From Candidatus Saccharimonadales bacterium (GTDB lineage Bacteria; Patescibacteriota; Saccharimonadia; Saccharimonadales; JAXHNE01), in contig JBFIJL010000002.1 in the NCBI GenBank assembly GCA_041600755.1, forward strand, positions 144,850 through 208,849: DNA of 64,000 nucleotides, written 5' to 3'. The notes beneath the pieces were generated by a model that made no database searches, was not told the origin of the DNA, and saw only the letters and a program-made list of their open reading frames with translations. A program made the position numbers and the translations under genes. This document shows, in pieces, positions 56,025 through 64,000 of this stretch (positions are counted from its first letter, which is position 1; every line of letters starts with the position of its first letter).

Positions 56025-56813
56025 CTATGGAATGAAACTCATATTTTTTAAGATAATATCGTTAAAATCGCCAATGAATTGATCTGATAAGACGCTAACT
56101 TTGATTGTCTTATCGCGAAGTGGAAACAATACAACACTACCGTTCTTGTCCTTATCTACAAGTCCATCTGCACGTGATCCGGCGACCGACGGGACTTTAT
56201 CGAGAGTAACTGGAGCTATCTTGACTGTGCCTTTCTTGACAGCCGAAGCAAATTTATCCAGCTCTTTGTCATACGAACTTTCTAACACCTCGAGCTTTAG
56301 TGCGAAAGAAATACCAGAGTCCACGCCTGGAACAAACCCAGGATGGAAATACCCATCAATAGGCGCTGAACCCTTTCCAGATTCATCTACATATGCAGAC
56401 CATGTTTTAGGATACGTCACACTCACACTGCCGAACTGCGATGGGCCAGTATAAACGACATATGGTTCTTTTTCTTTCTCTATAAATTCGGCATTGAGCT
56501 CTTCAGTATTAGCGGTTACTGCAACTTCATTAGCAGCTAGGATCTTCTCCTCTACATTGTCGCGAAAATCATTTCGGCTACTCATCATCGAAAATGCGTA
56601 TCCTGCTGCTCCTAAAAATAACAGCACAAATAGTACAAGTAGAATTATGAGAGCAATCGGCTTTTGCGGCTTCAGTTGTGAAGCTGTCATTGGCGCTGCA
56701 CTGGGTTGCGGCATAGCACCCTGTGGGGGTGCTTGGTATTGTGGATTTGGCCCGGGACCTTGTGGCGCTGACGGCTGAAAAGGTTGTTGGTTTTGGGGAG
56801 TGTTGGGTTGCAT
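56025..56813 (-). CDS. hypothetical bitopic protein (Pro/Gln-rich N-terminus, one TM, extracytoplasmic domain)
   Basis: A 262-aa ORF with a low-complexity PQ-rich start and TM segment IALIILLVLFVLLFLGAAGYAF. Confidence 0.5.
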   Translation of the reverse strand: MQPNTPQNQQPFQPSAPQGPGPNPQYQAPPQGAMPQPSAAPMTASQLKPQKPIALIILLVLFVLLFLGAAGYAFSMMSSRNDFRDNVEEKILAANEVAVTANTEELNAEFIEKEKEPYVVYTGPSQFGSVSVTYPKTWSAYVDESGKGSAPIDGYFHPGFVPGVDSGISFALKLEVLESSYDKELDKFASAVKKGTVKIAPVTLDKVPSVAGSRADGLVDKDKNGSVVLFPLRDKTIKVSVLSDQFIGDFNDIILKNMSFIP

Positions 56814-56831
56814 AGTGCTTATGATAGCAAA

Positions 56832-57326
56832 TTAATACTCGTACAAGAAGAGCCCTTTGCTCGTTTTGATAGCGTTGCGGCTTGGAATCTCAAACGCAAA
56901 GCTCAAAAGTTTGACAGACTTATGCTTATAGGTTTGAGTAATCTTTTTATCCAACTTGATCATGTATCTGTCTAATAAAAATACAAATATTGCGTCTGTT
57001 TCATCTGGCAATGACTTGTTCCAAAAATTACCACACACCACCCGAACACGCCCATGATACTTCCTGGTGCGCGCCCAACACAGCAATGCGAGTATTGGGT
57101 TCAGCTCGTAGCCAACCGCACAAAGACCCCTTTCTCCTGCCGCAATCAACAGCCTACCATCACCGCAGCCTAGCTCCACAATAGTCTGCCCTTCTTTTAG
57201 GCTTAGCAGCTCAAAAGCCTCATCAACCTGGGGCTTCAATGTTGGCAGATACGGAGCACCAAAGAACACGACAAAAGCAAACAGTAATCCAATCCCAATT
57301 ACAAGCCACAATGCAACAAAGAACAC
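56832..57326 (-). CDS. class I SAM-dependent methyltransferase with N-terminal TM segment
   Basis: VELGCGDGRLLIAAGERG motif I. Confidence 0.7.
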   Translation of the reverse strand: MFFVALWLVIGIGLLFAFVVFFGAPYLPTLKPQVDEAFELLSLKEGQTIVELGCGDGRLLIAAGERGLCAVGYELNPILALLCWARTRKYHGRVRVVCGNFWNKSLPDETDAIFVFLLDRYMIKLDKKITQTYKHKSVKLLSFAFEIPSRNAIKTSKGLFLYEY

Positions 57327-57328
57327 AG

Positions 57329-57520
57329 TTAGGCTGTCTTCTTGGCCTTTACGATTTTCAACTCGTGAGCTTTTAGCTCGGCCTCAAGTTTAACCAATAA
57401 CTCTGTGCCTTTTTCATGCAGAGCTAACGCCTGCTCGACCGACACATCTGACGCTTGTAGCTGTTCAAGTATCGATTCTAATTCCTGTTTCATATCTGCA
57501 TATGACTTCTTTTTACTCAT
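57329..57520 (-). CDS. xseB: exodeoxyribonuclease VII small subunit
   Basis: A 63-aa helical protein overlapping the xseA stop (ATGA-type coupling). Confidence 0.8.
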   Translation of the reverse strand: MSKKKSYADMKQELESILEQLQASDVSVEQALALHEKGTELLVKLEAELKAHELKIVKAKKTA

Positions 57521-58644
57521 TTTTTCTCCTTATCGATGCTGTTAATTGTGGCCTCAAAAGAACCATCTTGCAAACGCACCTTAACTTTCATAGCTAATGC
57601 AAGACTGTCGATCGAACTAAGTGCACCGCTAGTCTGACTAGAAACTAGCGCATAACCTCGACTAAGCGCCATTTGCGGATCATAGGCCTGGATGAGCTCG
57701 TGAGCTCGTGACAAAAACCACCGCTCTTTTTCAAACACTCCATGAATTATTTCAATCAACCTTAGTCGTTGCCTGTCCAGCTCCTCCCTTTGTTGATCTA
57801 TGAGCCTGTCTAGCGCATGTGAGTGCAGCTCTTTGGAGGTCAGTAACCAGCTTCTCTCATGTGTCAAATCTGGCACCAAAAGTTCCGCAGCGTTGCTCGG
57901 AGTACTTGCCCGCACGTCTGCAACTAGCTCTGCCAAAGATTCATCTCGTTCGTGACCAATTGCAACCAAAGTTGGTATGCGGCTAGCTGCAACAGCTCGC
58001 GTCAAACGTTCGTCGTTAAATGCTGCCATGTCGTCAGCGCTGCCGCCGCCGCGTGTGACCACCAACACATCAACCTCAGAGGACATTTCGTTAAAATATT
58101 TCAGAGCCTCTGTCACTTGACCAACAGCTGGTTCACCCTGGACCTGTACATCATAAAAAACCACCTCTGTAGCCGGCCATCGTTGTTTCAGTATTTTTAT
58201 AAAATCAGAGTATCCGGCAGATTCACCAGAGGCAATCAAGCCAATCCGGCTTGGTGGATATGGCAATTGACGTTTGCGTGACGGTTCGAACAATCCTTCC
58301 TTCTCGAGCTTTTTAAACACAAGCAACGAGGCTTTTTTGATTGAACCCTCACCGCTAGGTGTAATCGATTGCGCGGTCAAACTAAATCCAAACTTATTGT
58401 GCAAACGTGGATTTCCAGACACGCGCACCATCATGCCGTCCTCTAGAGGGCCCGGCAGCTGATAGATCGTCGCAAAGCACTTCACGCTAGCGTTTTCATC
58501 TTTCAAATCAAAATACACCCAACGATTCTTGCTGACTCTAAAATTACTTAGCTCCCCTTCGATGGTCACGAACGGGTATGCAAACTCCAAAGTCTGATTA
58601 ACGAGTGCAACGAACTCTACGGGACTAATAATCACATCGTTCAT
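57517..58644 (-). CDS. xseA: exodeoxyribonuclease VII large subunit
   Basis: An OB-fold N-terminus (V.GE.SNF....SGH-like WYFDLKDE) and the catalytic region RGGGS..DL..FN. Confidence 0.9.
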   Translation of the reverse strand: MNDVIISPVEFVALVNQTLEFAYPFVTIEGELSNFRVSKNRWVYFDLKDENASVKCFATIYQLPGPLEDGMMVRVSGNPRLHNKFGFSLTAQSITPSGEGSIKKASLLVFKKLEKEGLFEPSRKRQLPYPPSRIGLIASGESAGYSDFIKILKQRWPATEVVFYDVQVQGEPAVGQVTEALKYFNEMSSEVDVLVVTRGGGSADDMAAFNDERLTRAVAASRIPTLVAIGHERDESLAELVADVRASTPSNAAELLVPDLTHERSWLLTSKELHSHALDRLIDQQREELDRQRLRLIEIIHGVFEKERWFLSRAHELIQAYDPQMALSRGYALVSSQTSGALSSIDSLALAMKVKVRLQDGSFEATINSIDKEKK

Positions 58645-59681
58645 GTGGGGGTCGAATGTTCTCGAAGATTTTTTTGGTAGAAGAAGTAGCCTGTTGGTAA
58701 TTGAATGCCCATACTTACCACACGAAACGCCAGTACAACCGGCAAGCTGAGCGCCGGTGACACGCCAGCCGTCGCGAACACACCCGTCATTAGCGCTTCA
58801 TAAATTCCTATACCGCCAGGCAGTATCGACACAATACCCGCAAAGTTTGCTACAGCGTAGGCGATTATGATCGCGCCAGGATTTACAAATTTACCAAATG
58901 CCTGGAACATTACAAAAATAGCGCCAACCTCGACTATATTGGCAAGCAGAGCAAAAAGTAATGGTTTTTTAAGCTGTGAGAAATCTTTCTTGATTTTCAT
59001 GTAATTATCATGCAGTTCACCAAAAGTTTCACGTACCCCGTCAATATTAATTGTCTCTGGATGATTGGGTCTCACAACATGAATTGCACGATTCAAGACT
59101 CGGGTCATAAACACGAAGAATGTGTTGATTCGTTTTTTGCTGCCAATTATGTAGGCGACCAACGAGGTTCCAGCCAGCAAGAATGTTGCAAGCGAGCCAG
59201 CTACCAACATCATGAAATTGTTTGCGTTTCCGCTAAACGCCAGCAAGAGCAATCCTATACCAAGCAATATCTGAAAAGAGATGAACAGCAGCACAAATCT
59301 CATGAGCTGCACAAGTGTCGTTTTTCCCGAGCCAACATGCTCGTTCTTTAGGCGAAGTCCGAGGTAAGAGAAGCCACTAACGCCTGCGCTAGGAAACACA
59401 TTGTTCACAAAGTTCAACTCTAGACTTAGTCTAAACATCGCTTTCGTACGAAAGCGCTCACCAAAAATCCTGAACAATGATTGATACATGCGTGCTTGTG
59501 AATAATGATTAGTAGCTGCTAGTGGCGCAATCAAGACAATCAAAAACAGATTTGCATCACTTAGATTCTCTATAGTTTCACTAATTTGCGTTCTCAAGGC
59601 GTAGACAGTAGCAAATAGCGCAATGAAAGTTACAATATTTAGTATAGGTTTCCAGCTCAATCGCTTGATTATTACAGACAT
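58641..59681 (-). CDS. UPF0104 / LPG-synthase-TM-like (flippase-like) membrane protein
   Basis: An eight-TM protein with the GGIG motif region (LPGGIGIYEA). The ATG at 59681 lies 8 nt downstream of a TATACT -10 (59690-59695, minus). Confidence 0.55.
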   Translation of the reverse strand: MSVIIKRLSWKPILNIVTFIALFATVYALRTQISETIENLSDANLFLIVLIAPLAATNHYSQARMYQSLFRIFGERFRTKAMFRLSLELNFVNNVFPSAGVSGFSYLGLRLKNEHVGSGKTTLVQLMRFVLLFISFQILLGIGLLLLAFSGNANNFMMLVAGSLATFLLAGTSLVAYIIGSKKRINTFFVFMTRVLNRAIHVVRPNHPETINIDGVRETFGELHDNYMKIKKDFSQLKKPLLFALLANIVEVGAIFVMFQAFGKFVNPGAIIIAYAVANFAGIVSILPGGIGIYEALMTGVFATAGVSPALSLPVVLAFRVVSMGIQLPTGYFFYQKNLREHSTPT

Positions 59682-59744
59682 GTGCAAATAGTATACCGCA
59701 CTCCCCCTGCGTCTATGGACCAAGTTGCGCTATACTAGTGGATA

Positions 59745-60896
59745 ATGAAATCTATTGCACTTCTTGGGCGTCAGCCAGCTATTGGTCTTGCTGAACTTGA
59801 ATCACTGTACGGCAGCGCAGCAATCCAGCCAGTTGGTTCAGTTGGCGCTTTGCTAAATATTGATGTAAACGATGTCGATTTCAAGCGACTTGGTGGCTGC
59901 ATGAAACTTGGAAAAGTACTAACCACGATCGATACCGCCCGATGGGAAGACATAGAAAAACATTTGGCGAATATCTTGCCGAACTTTGCTAACGAGCTTC
60001 CCGAAGGAAAACTAACTGTCGGCATTAGCACTTATGGATTTAATCTTCGTCCACAAAAAATCAATGTTGCCGCCCTAACTATCAAAAAACAACTTAAGCG
60101 CACTGGCCGCCCTATTCGCATGGTGCCCAATAAATCTACAGAGCTCTCTAGTGCTCAAGTGCTACACAACAAACTATTCACTTCGCACAATTGGGAGCTT
60201 CTACTGATTCGACACAAAAAACGAACCATACTTGCTCAGACCACGAATGTTCAAGACATCGAAGCCTACGCAGCGCGGGACCAAGCGCGCCCAAAACGCG
60301 ATGCTCGCGTAGGAATGTTGCCTCCAAAATTAGCGCAAATTTTGGTTAATCTGTGTAACCCGGTAGAAGATGCAGTTGTCCTAGACCCCTTCTGTGGCAC
60401 CGGCGTCGTCCTGCAAGAAACTTTTATCATGGGGCGAACACCGTATGGAACAGACCTTGAACCGCGTATGATTGAATACACCAAGATCAACCTAGAATGG
60501 CTGACTGGCAAGGTTTTTGAAAACGCCTACGTCGGCGATGCTACGAACTTCGAATGGAAACCCTTTGACACCATTGCCTGCGAGACATATCTTGGCCGTC
60601 CTTTCACCAATCAACCCGACCGCGAAACACTTCGTAATGTCATGCAAGATGTCGATACCATACACCAGAAATTCTTGAAAAATGTCGCCAGTCAAACAAA
60701 ACCAGGGTTTAAAATGTGTATCGCTGTTCCTGCATGGCGGATGGGCAACTCATTCTTGCACCTAAAAACACTTGATTCTCTCGAGGAACTGGGGTATACT
60801 CGTGAGAGTTTTGTTCTAGCCAACAATAACGACCTGATCTATTACCGTGATGGACAAGTTGTTGGACGAGAACTAGTAGTACTTAAGAGGATCTAA
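59745..60896 (+). CDS. putative RNA (guanine-N2-type) methyltransferase, Trm11/RlmL-like
   Basis: VLDPFCGTGVVLQE (motif I). The motif IV position reads ACETYLG rather than DPPY. The N-terminal domain is THUMP-like. Confidence 0.6.
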   Translation: MKSIALLGRQPAIGLAELESLYGSAAIQPVGSVGALLNIDVNDVDFKRLGGCMKLGKVLTTIDTARWEDIEKHLANILPNFANELPEGKLTVGISTYGFNLRPQKINVAALTIKKQLKRTGRPIRMVPNKSTELSSAQVLHNKLFTSHNWELLLIRHKKRTILAQTTNVQDIEAYAARDQARPKRDARVGMLPPKLAQILVNLCNPVEDAVVLDPFCGTGVVLQETFIMGRTPYGTDLEPRMIEYTKINLEWLTGKVFENAYVGDATNFEWKPFDTIACETYLGRPFTNQPDRETLRNVMQDVDTIHQKFLKNVASQTKPGFKMCIAVPAWRMGNSFLHLKTLDSLEELGYTRESFVLANNNDLIYYRDGQVVGRELVVLKRI

Positions 60897-60899
60897 TAT

Positions 60900-61172
60900 A
60901 TGTCACATGTAAAAGCAGGCGGAACAGCCAAAAACGTTCACGATAGTCCCGGGCAACGCCTTGGTGTAAAGCTATTTGGTGGTCAAGTTGTTAAAACCGG
61001 ACAAGTAATCGTTCGACAAACCGGTGCAACAAAGCGCGCTGGAAAAGGTGCATTCATGAGCAAAAATTTTACTATCCATGCTGAAAAAGATGGAATCGTG
61101 CACTTCAAGAAGCGAAACTTCAAGCGTTTCACCGGCAAGTCTGCACCTCGTACTGAAGTATCAGTAATCTAA
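60900..61172 (+). CDS. rpmA: 50S ribosomal protein L27
   Basis: AGGTAKNVHDSPGQRLGVK..G..I.RQ.G motifs. Confidence 0.95.
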   Translation: MSHVKAGGTAKNVHDSPGQRLGVKLFGGQVVKTGQVIVRQTGATKRAGKGAFMSKNFTIHAEKDGIVHFKKRNFKRFTGKSAPRTEVSVI

Positions 61173-61205
61173 ATAACTGTTCGAAGCCTCACAAAATCTC
61201 TTTCT

Positions 61206-61610
61206 ATGAACTTACCTAGACCCTACCTTCCCTCTCTAGAGACGATAGGGTCTTTTTATGACCATCTTGTAGAGCACGGTATTCATGATCAATCTAAAGC
61301 AGTGCGCCCAGATTGGGTAACGACACTTACAGAGCTGCCAGAAGAGCTTAGAACTGGTCGTTGGATGAGCCTGGAACTCCATGCCGGATCACTTGCCCTA
61401 TGTGGCGCCAGCAAATCGATTGATAGAGTTCGCACACTAATGACGCGAATAGAGGAACCAGCAGCAGAAGAATATATTAACGAGTTCGAAAACTCCGCAC
61501 CCCCCGAGAAAGCTACGTCGAATGGCTCGATATTTCACCTAATGATCAGTCAACTAAGCCACTACACTTCCCCGCTAAACTATCACAAAAGCGAGACACC
61601 ATTAGACTAG
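61206..61610 (+). CDS. hypothetical protein
   Basis: A 134-aa ORF with no motif. Confidence 0.4.
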   Translation: MNLPRPYLPSLETIGSFYDHLVEHGIHDQSKAVRPDWVTTLTELPEELRTGRWMSLELHAGSLALCGASKSIDRVRTLMTRIEEPAAEEYINEFENSAPPEKATSNGSIFHLMISQLSHYTSPLNYHKSETPLD

Positions 61611-61627
61611 TCGACGTAGCGACCGGA

Positions 61628-63169
61628 CTAAATCGAATCGGCCGCTAGCGGCTTACCTCTTTGTTTATACTGTTTGATGGGTGCCAGTTCAGCTAAAAAA
61701 CCTGAAATATCTGTATAGCTACCACTAATTTTTTGCGCTTCTTCAGGTGAAAGTCCATTTGTTTGGTTGTCGTAATCAATCGGTTTGCTTGTTAAGATCC
61801 CGGAGTACAGCATCTGAGCATCAGTGCCATGAGCCGTTGGTGTCGAGTCTTCAAGGCGTATTCTGTCTACCCAGACCCTTCCTTGTGTATCTTCGGCCAT
61901 ATGCCACTCCAGAACGACTCCATTAGGCATTTGCGACTCGTATACATCAGTGGTAAAAGATCCAAGAATTGGATGCTCACGAACAGTTGATGATTTTGGA
62001 CGAGACTCAAAATTTGGCATAATCCCAGACTCCTCAAGCTTACTATTTAAGCTAGTCACGTAAGTATCTAGCGCGGCTGGTATACCGGCTTCGTTTGTCT
62101 GAAAAGCGGCTTGTAGGTCACCTGAGCTCAACATTCCAGCTTTAACCTTTCGCAACATTCCATCCAGCTCTGCATAACCCGTTCCATACACCTGCACCTC
62201 AGACTCAAAATCTTTTAGCATCGCATCCGTTGTGGCCTCGTCAAAAAGCAAGTCTTCAGGATCTATCATTTGCACGCCAGCTGCTGTAGCCTCTTTGACC
62301 TCTGTGTAAAATTCTTCAAAATCTGGATGAAGCTGCGTATCTTGAGTATACTGAGCAAAGCGAGACAGCTCAGGGCCTTTCATGAATCGACTGCCCTCCT
62401 TTTCAATCCCCTGCGAAACACGCAATCCTCCTTCAGAATTAGAAGTATACACAAAGTAATTTACTCTTTTACCCGTCTCATCGGTTGACTCAAACACAAG
62501 TGGATTACCCCTACTTTCTAGAGCCAGAGCCCCTTTGAGGACATGAGTTTCGTTGCCAATTTTTCTCTCTAGATTTTTTGGAGCGGCAAGTGTCTCGGCT
62601 TTTGGCTGTGTGATAATCGATGTACCATTGGTCGAGTTAAGATCAACCACTGAAAGTACACCGTCTTCTACGGAAACTGATAGATGTTCTCGAGAAACAT
62701 GCTCATTGAATCCAAGTCTAGCTGCAATGGCTGAGTTTCCTCGTCCTAGATTAAGCGCCTTACCTTCACTAATCAATACCGGTATCTTATTCACTGGAAG
62801 CGCATTGTCTGTTGCTTCCTCTGATGGGTCATACATATTCGATGCAAGAAACAAAAAATCCTTACCCGCGACCTCATCCTTGTGATTGAGAATACTTACT
62901 TCAACACCACCGATGTCCATCACCCCCAGAAGCTGCGTACCATTTTCATAGATGTTCAAAGGTTCTAGCTCCGAAAGCGCTAAAGACACTGGTTGCTGTG
63001 CTGCATCATGAAGCTCAAGCTGCCCCGAACGAAGTGCTTCATGAAGTTCAGGTGAGCCCACATCAAAAGCTTTTACCTGCTCATTTTCCGCAGTAGGTGG
63101 TGGTCCATGCTCAAAGAACTCTTGCGGACCTATTTCTGTGCTTACTGGTATGTGTTCTGATCTAATCAT
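61628..63169 (-). CDS. FHA-domain protein with a ~310-aa C-terminal region of unknown function
   Basis: LGRGNSA....VSREHLSVSVEDGVLSVVDLNSTNGTSI is an FHA core. Confidence 0.65.
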   Translation of the reverse strand: MIRSEHIPVSTEIGPQEFFEHGPPPTAENEQVKAFDVGSPELHEALRSGQLELHDAAQQPVSLALSELEPLNIYENGTQLLGVMDIGGVEVSILNHKDEVAGKDFLFLASNMYDPSEEATDNALPVNKIPVLISEGKALNLGRGNSAIAARLGFNEHVSREHLSVSVEDGVLSVVDLNSTNGTSIITQPKAETLAAPKNLERKIGNETHVLKGALALESRGNPLVFESTDETGKRVNYFVYTSNSEGGLRVSQGIEKEGSRFMKGPELSRFAQYTQDTQLHPDFEEFYTEVKEATAAGVQMIDPEDLLFDEATTDAMLKDFESEVQVYGTGYAELDGMLRKVKAGMLSSGDLQAAFQTNEAGIPAALDTYVTSLNSKLEESGIMPNFESRPKSSTVREHPILGSFTTDVYESQMPNGVVLEWHMAEDTQGRVWVDRIRLEDSTPTAHGTDAQMLYSGILTSKPIDYDNQTNGLSPEEAQKISGSYTDISGFLAELAPIKQYKQRGKPLAADSI

Positions 63170-63291
63170 ATTTGTTTTTGATTTACATCTATAACACTAG
63201 CATTTTATTGCTAAAATGTCAACTAGTGGGCCAACTAAAAACTACGACTGTGTAGCCGTAGTTTATTTGTGCTTTGATTTTAGTATCTAGA

Positions 63292-63732
63292 CTAAAGCAT
63301 GCCGAGGTGTTTTTTGACACGCTCAACCACATCAGCAATCACTACTTGAGATTTGACTAAATAATCATTTACACCGAGGTTGATAGCCCGCTCTCGGTCG
63401 CTTTCTTGGCTAAGCGCAGTAAGCATAATGACCTTCATATCAGCAGTCTCTGGTGTATTACGCAAAATATCCAGTACATCAAACCCACTCACCTTTGGCA
63501 TCATTACATCGAGCAAGATAATGTCAGGTCGGTATGCTAGAGCTGATGAAAGAGCTTCCTCGCCGTTAGGAACGCGCTTGGTATCAAAGCCTTCTGCCTG
63601 GAAACGAGTCGTATAAACACTCGCCAAGGCGTCGTCGTCCTCTACTAAGAGAATCTTCTTGGCAGCTGGCGCTGGATCATTTGATGGGTTTGGTTGCACG
63701 GGGTTTGTTGGGTTTTGGTTTTCTTCATTCAT
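63292..63732 (-). CDS. single-domain response regulator (receiver only) with a short Pro/Asn-rich N-terminus
   Basis: LLVEDDD, IILLDVMMP, MLTA and YLVKS motifs. The ATG at 63732 lies 5 nt after the pyrG stop, whereas ORF-track start 63768 would overlap pyrG. Confidence 0.8.
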   Translation of the reverse strand: MNEENQNPTNPVQPNPSNDPAPAAKKILLVEDDDALASVYTTRFQAEGFDTKRVPNGEEALSSALAYRPDIILLDVMMPKVSGFDVLDILRNTPETADMKVIMLTALSQESDRERAINLGVNDYLVKSQVVIADVVERVKKHLGML

Positions 63733-63737
63733 AAGCA

Positions 63738-64000
63738 CTATAATGCCTGATTTTTTGCTTTTTGACAAGCTGAAATAAAGCCATTAAACAGTGGATGAGG
63801 CTTATTCGGTCGAGATTTAAATTCCGGGTGTGCTTGACTGGCAACAAAGAATGGATGATCGACGCCTTCGATAAATTCGACAAGCGTTCCATCTGGACTC
63901 AAACCACTGGCCTTAATTCCCCACTTTTGGTATTTATCTCTAAACGCATTGTTACACTCGTAACGATGCCTGTGCCGCTCGATAATTTGCGGTTTGTTAT
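63738..64000 (-). CDS. pyrG: CTP synthase, C-terminal (glutamine amidotransferase) part; the gene continues beyond the right edge
   Basis: The minus-strand translation is ...[18 protein letters not shown]...[27 protein letters not shown]... Confidence 0.85.
   Translation of the reverse strand, partial: NKPQIIERHRHRYECNNAFRDKYQKWGIKASGLSPDGTLVEFIEGVDHPFFVASQAHPEFKSRPNKPHPLFNGFISACQKAKNQAL

Noticed and set aside
1-64000. CRISPR arrays, rRNA genes, transposases/IS elements, and alternative genetic code (UGA recoding).
   Set aside because: No regularly spaced short repeats were seen, and no rRNA-like conserved blocks or transposase motifs were found in any listed ORF. Conserved genes end at TGA (for example the HAD hydrolase and mraY) with full-length products, so the standard code 11 fits.

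Overview
A 64-kb chromosomal window from a small-genome bacterium. The gene content points to a Patescibacteria/CPR (Saccharibacteria-like) organism. This is inference only: sortase, PEGA, DUF3048 and DUF4214 surface proteins, many single-domain receivers, a stripped-down dcw cluster, and -10 boxes sitting a few nt before start codons. The standard genetic code applies, since TGA is used as a stop. Recognisable housekeeping genes are gltX, umuDC-like, rlmH, rsuA-like, der, pth, dprA, topA, mraZ-rsmH-ftsL-ftsI-mraY-ftsW-murG-ftsQ, rnhA, glyQS, recO, xseAB, rpmA and the 3' end of pyrG. There are also two tRNAs (Leu-CAA, Glu-CUC), three histidine kinases and six receiver-type proteins. The points most worth a second look are listed here. 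(1) A 4.6-kb AT-rich island sits downstream of tRNA-Glu, bounded by a 23-bp direct repeat of the tRNA 3' end. It has no integrase and carries a VanY-type peptidase, an SLT-like membrane protein, an ABC exporter and a pseudo-receiver. (2) A roughly 440-nt ORF-free, highly structured region with its own intrinsic terminator lies directly upstream of three small acidic proteins of unknown function. It may be a novel ncRNA or a long leader. (3) A dif-like palindrome with a TGTATA centre sits in a 670-bp non-coding gap where gene orientation switches from + to -, so this may be the replication terminus. (4) GTGGGT repeats interdigitate with the mraZ promoter, and an unexplained 570-bp spacer separates mraZ from rsmH. 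(5) A 64-bp perfect duplication includes the tRNA-Leu 3' end. (6) A UmuD-like protein lacks the Ser/Lys dyad. (7) A two-component-like pair is degenerate in both partners. No CRISPR array, rRNA or transposase was seen. All domain calls come from motif recognition by eye, and no database search was run.
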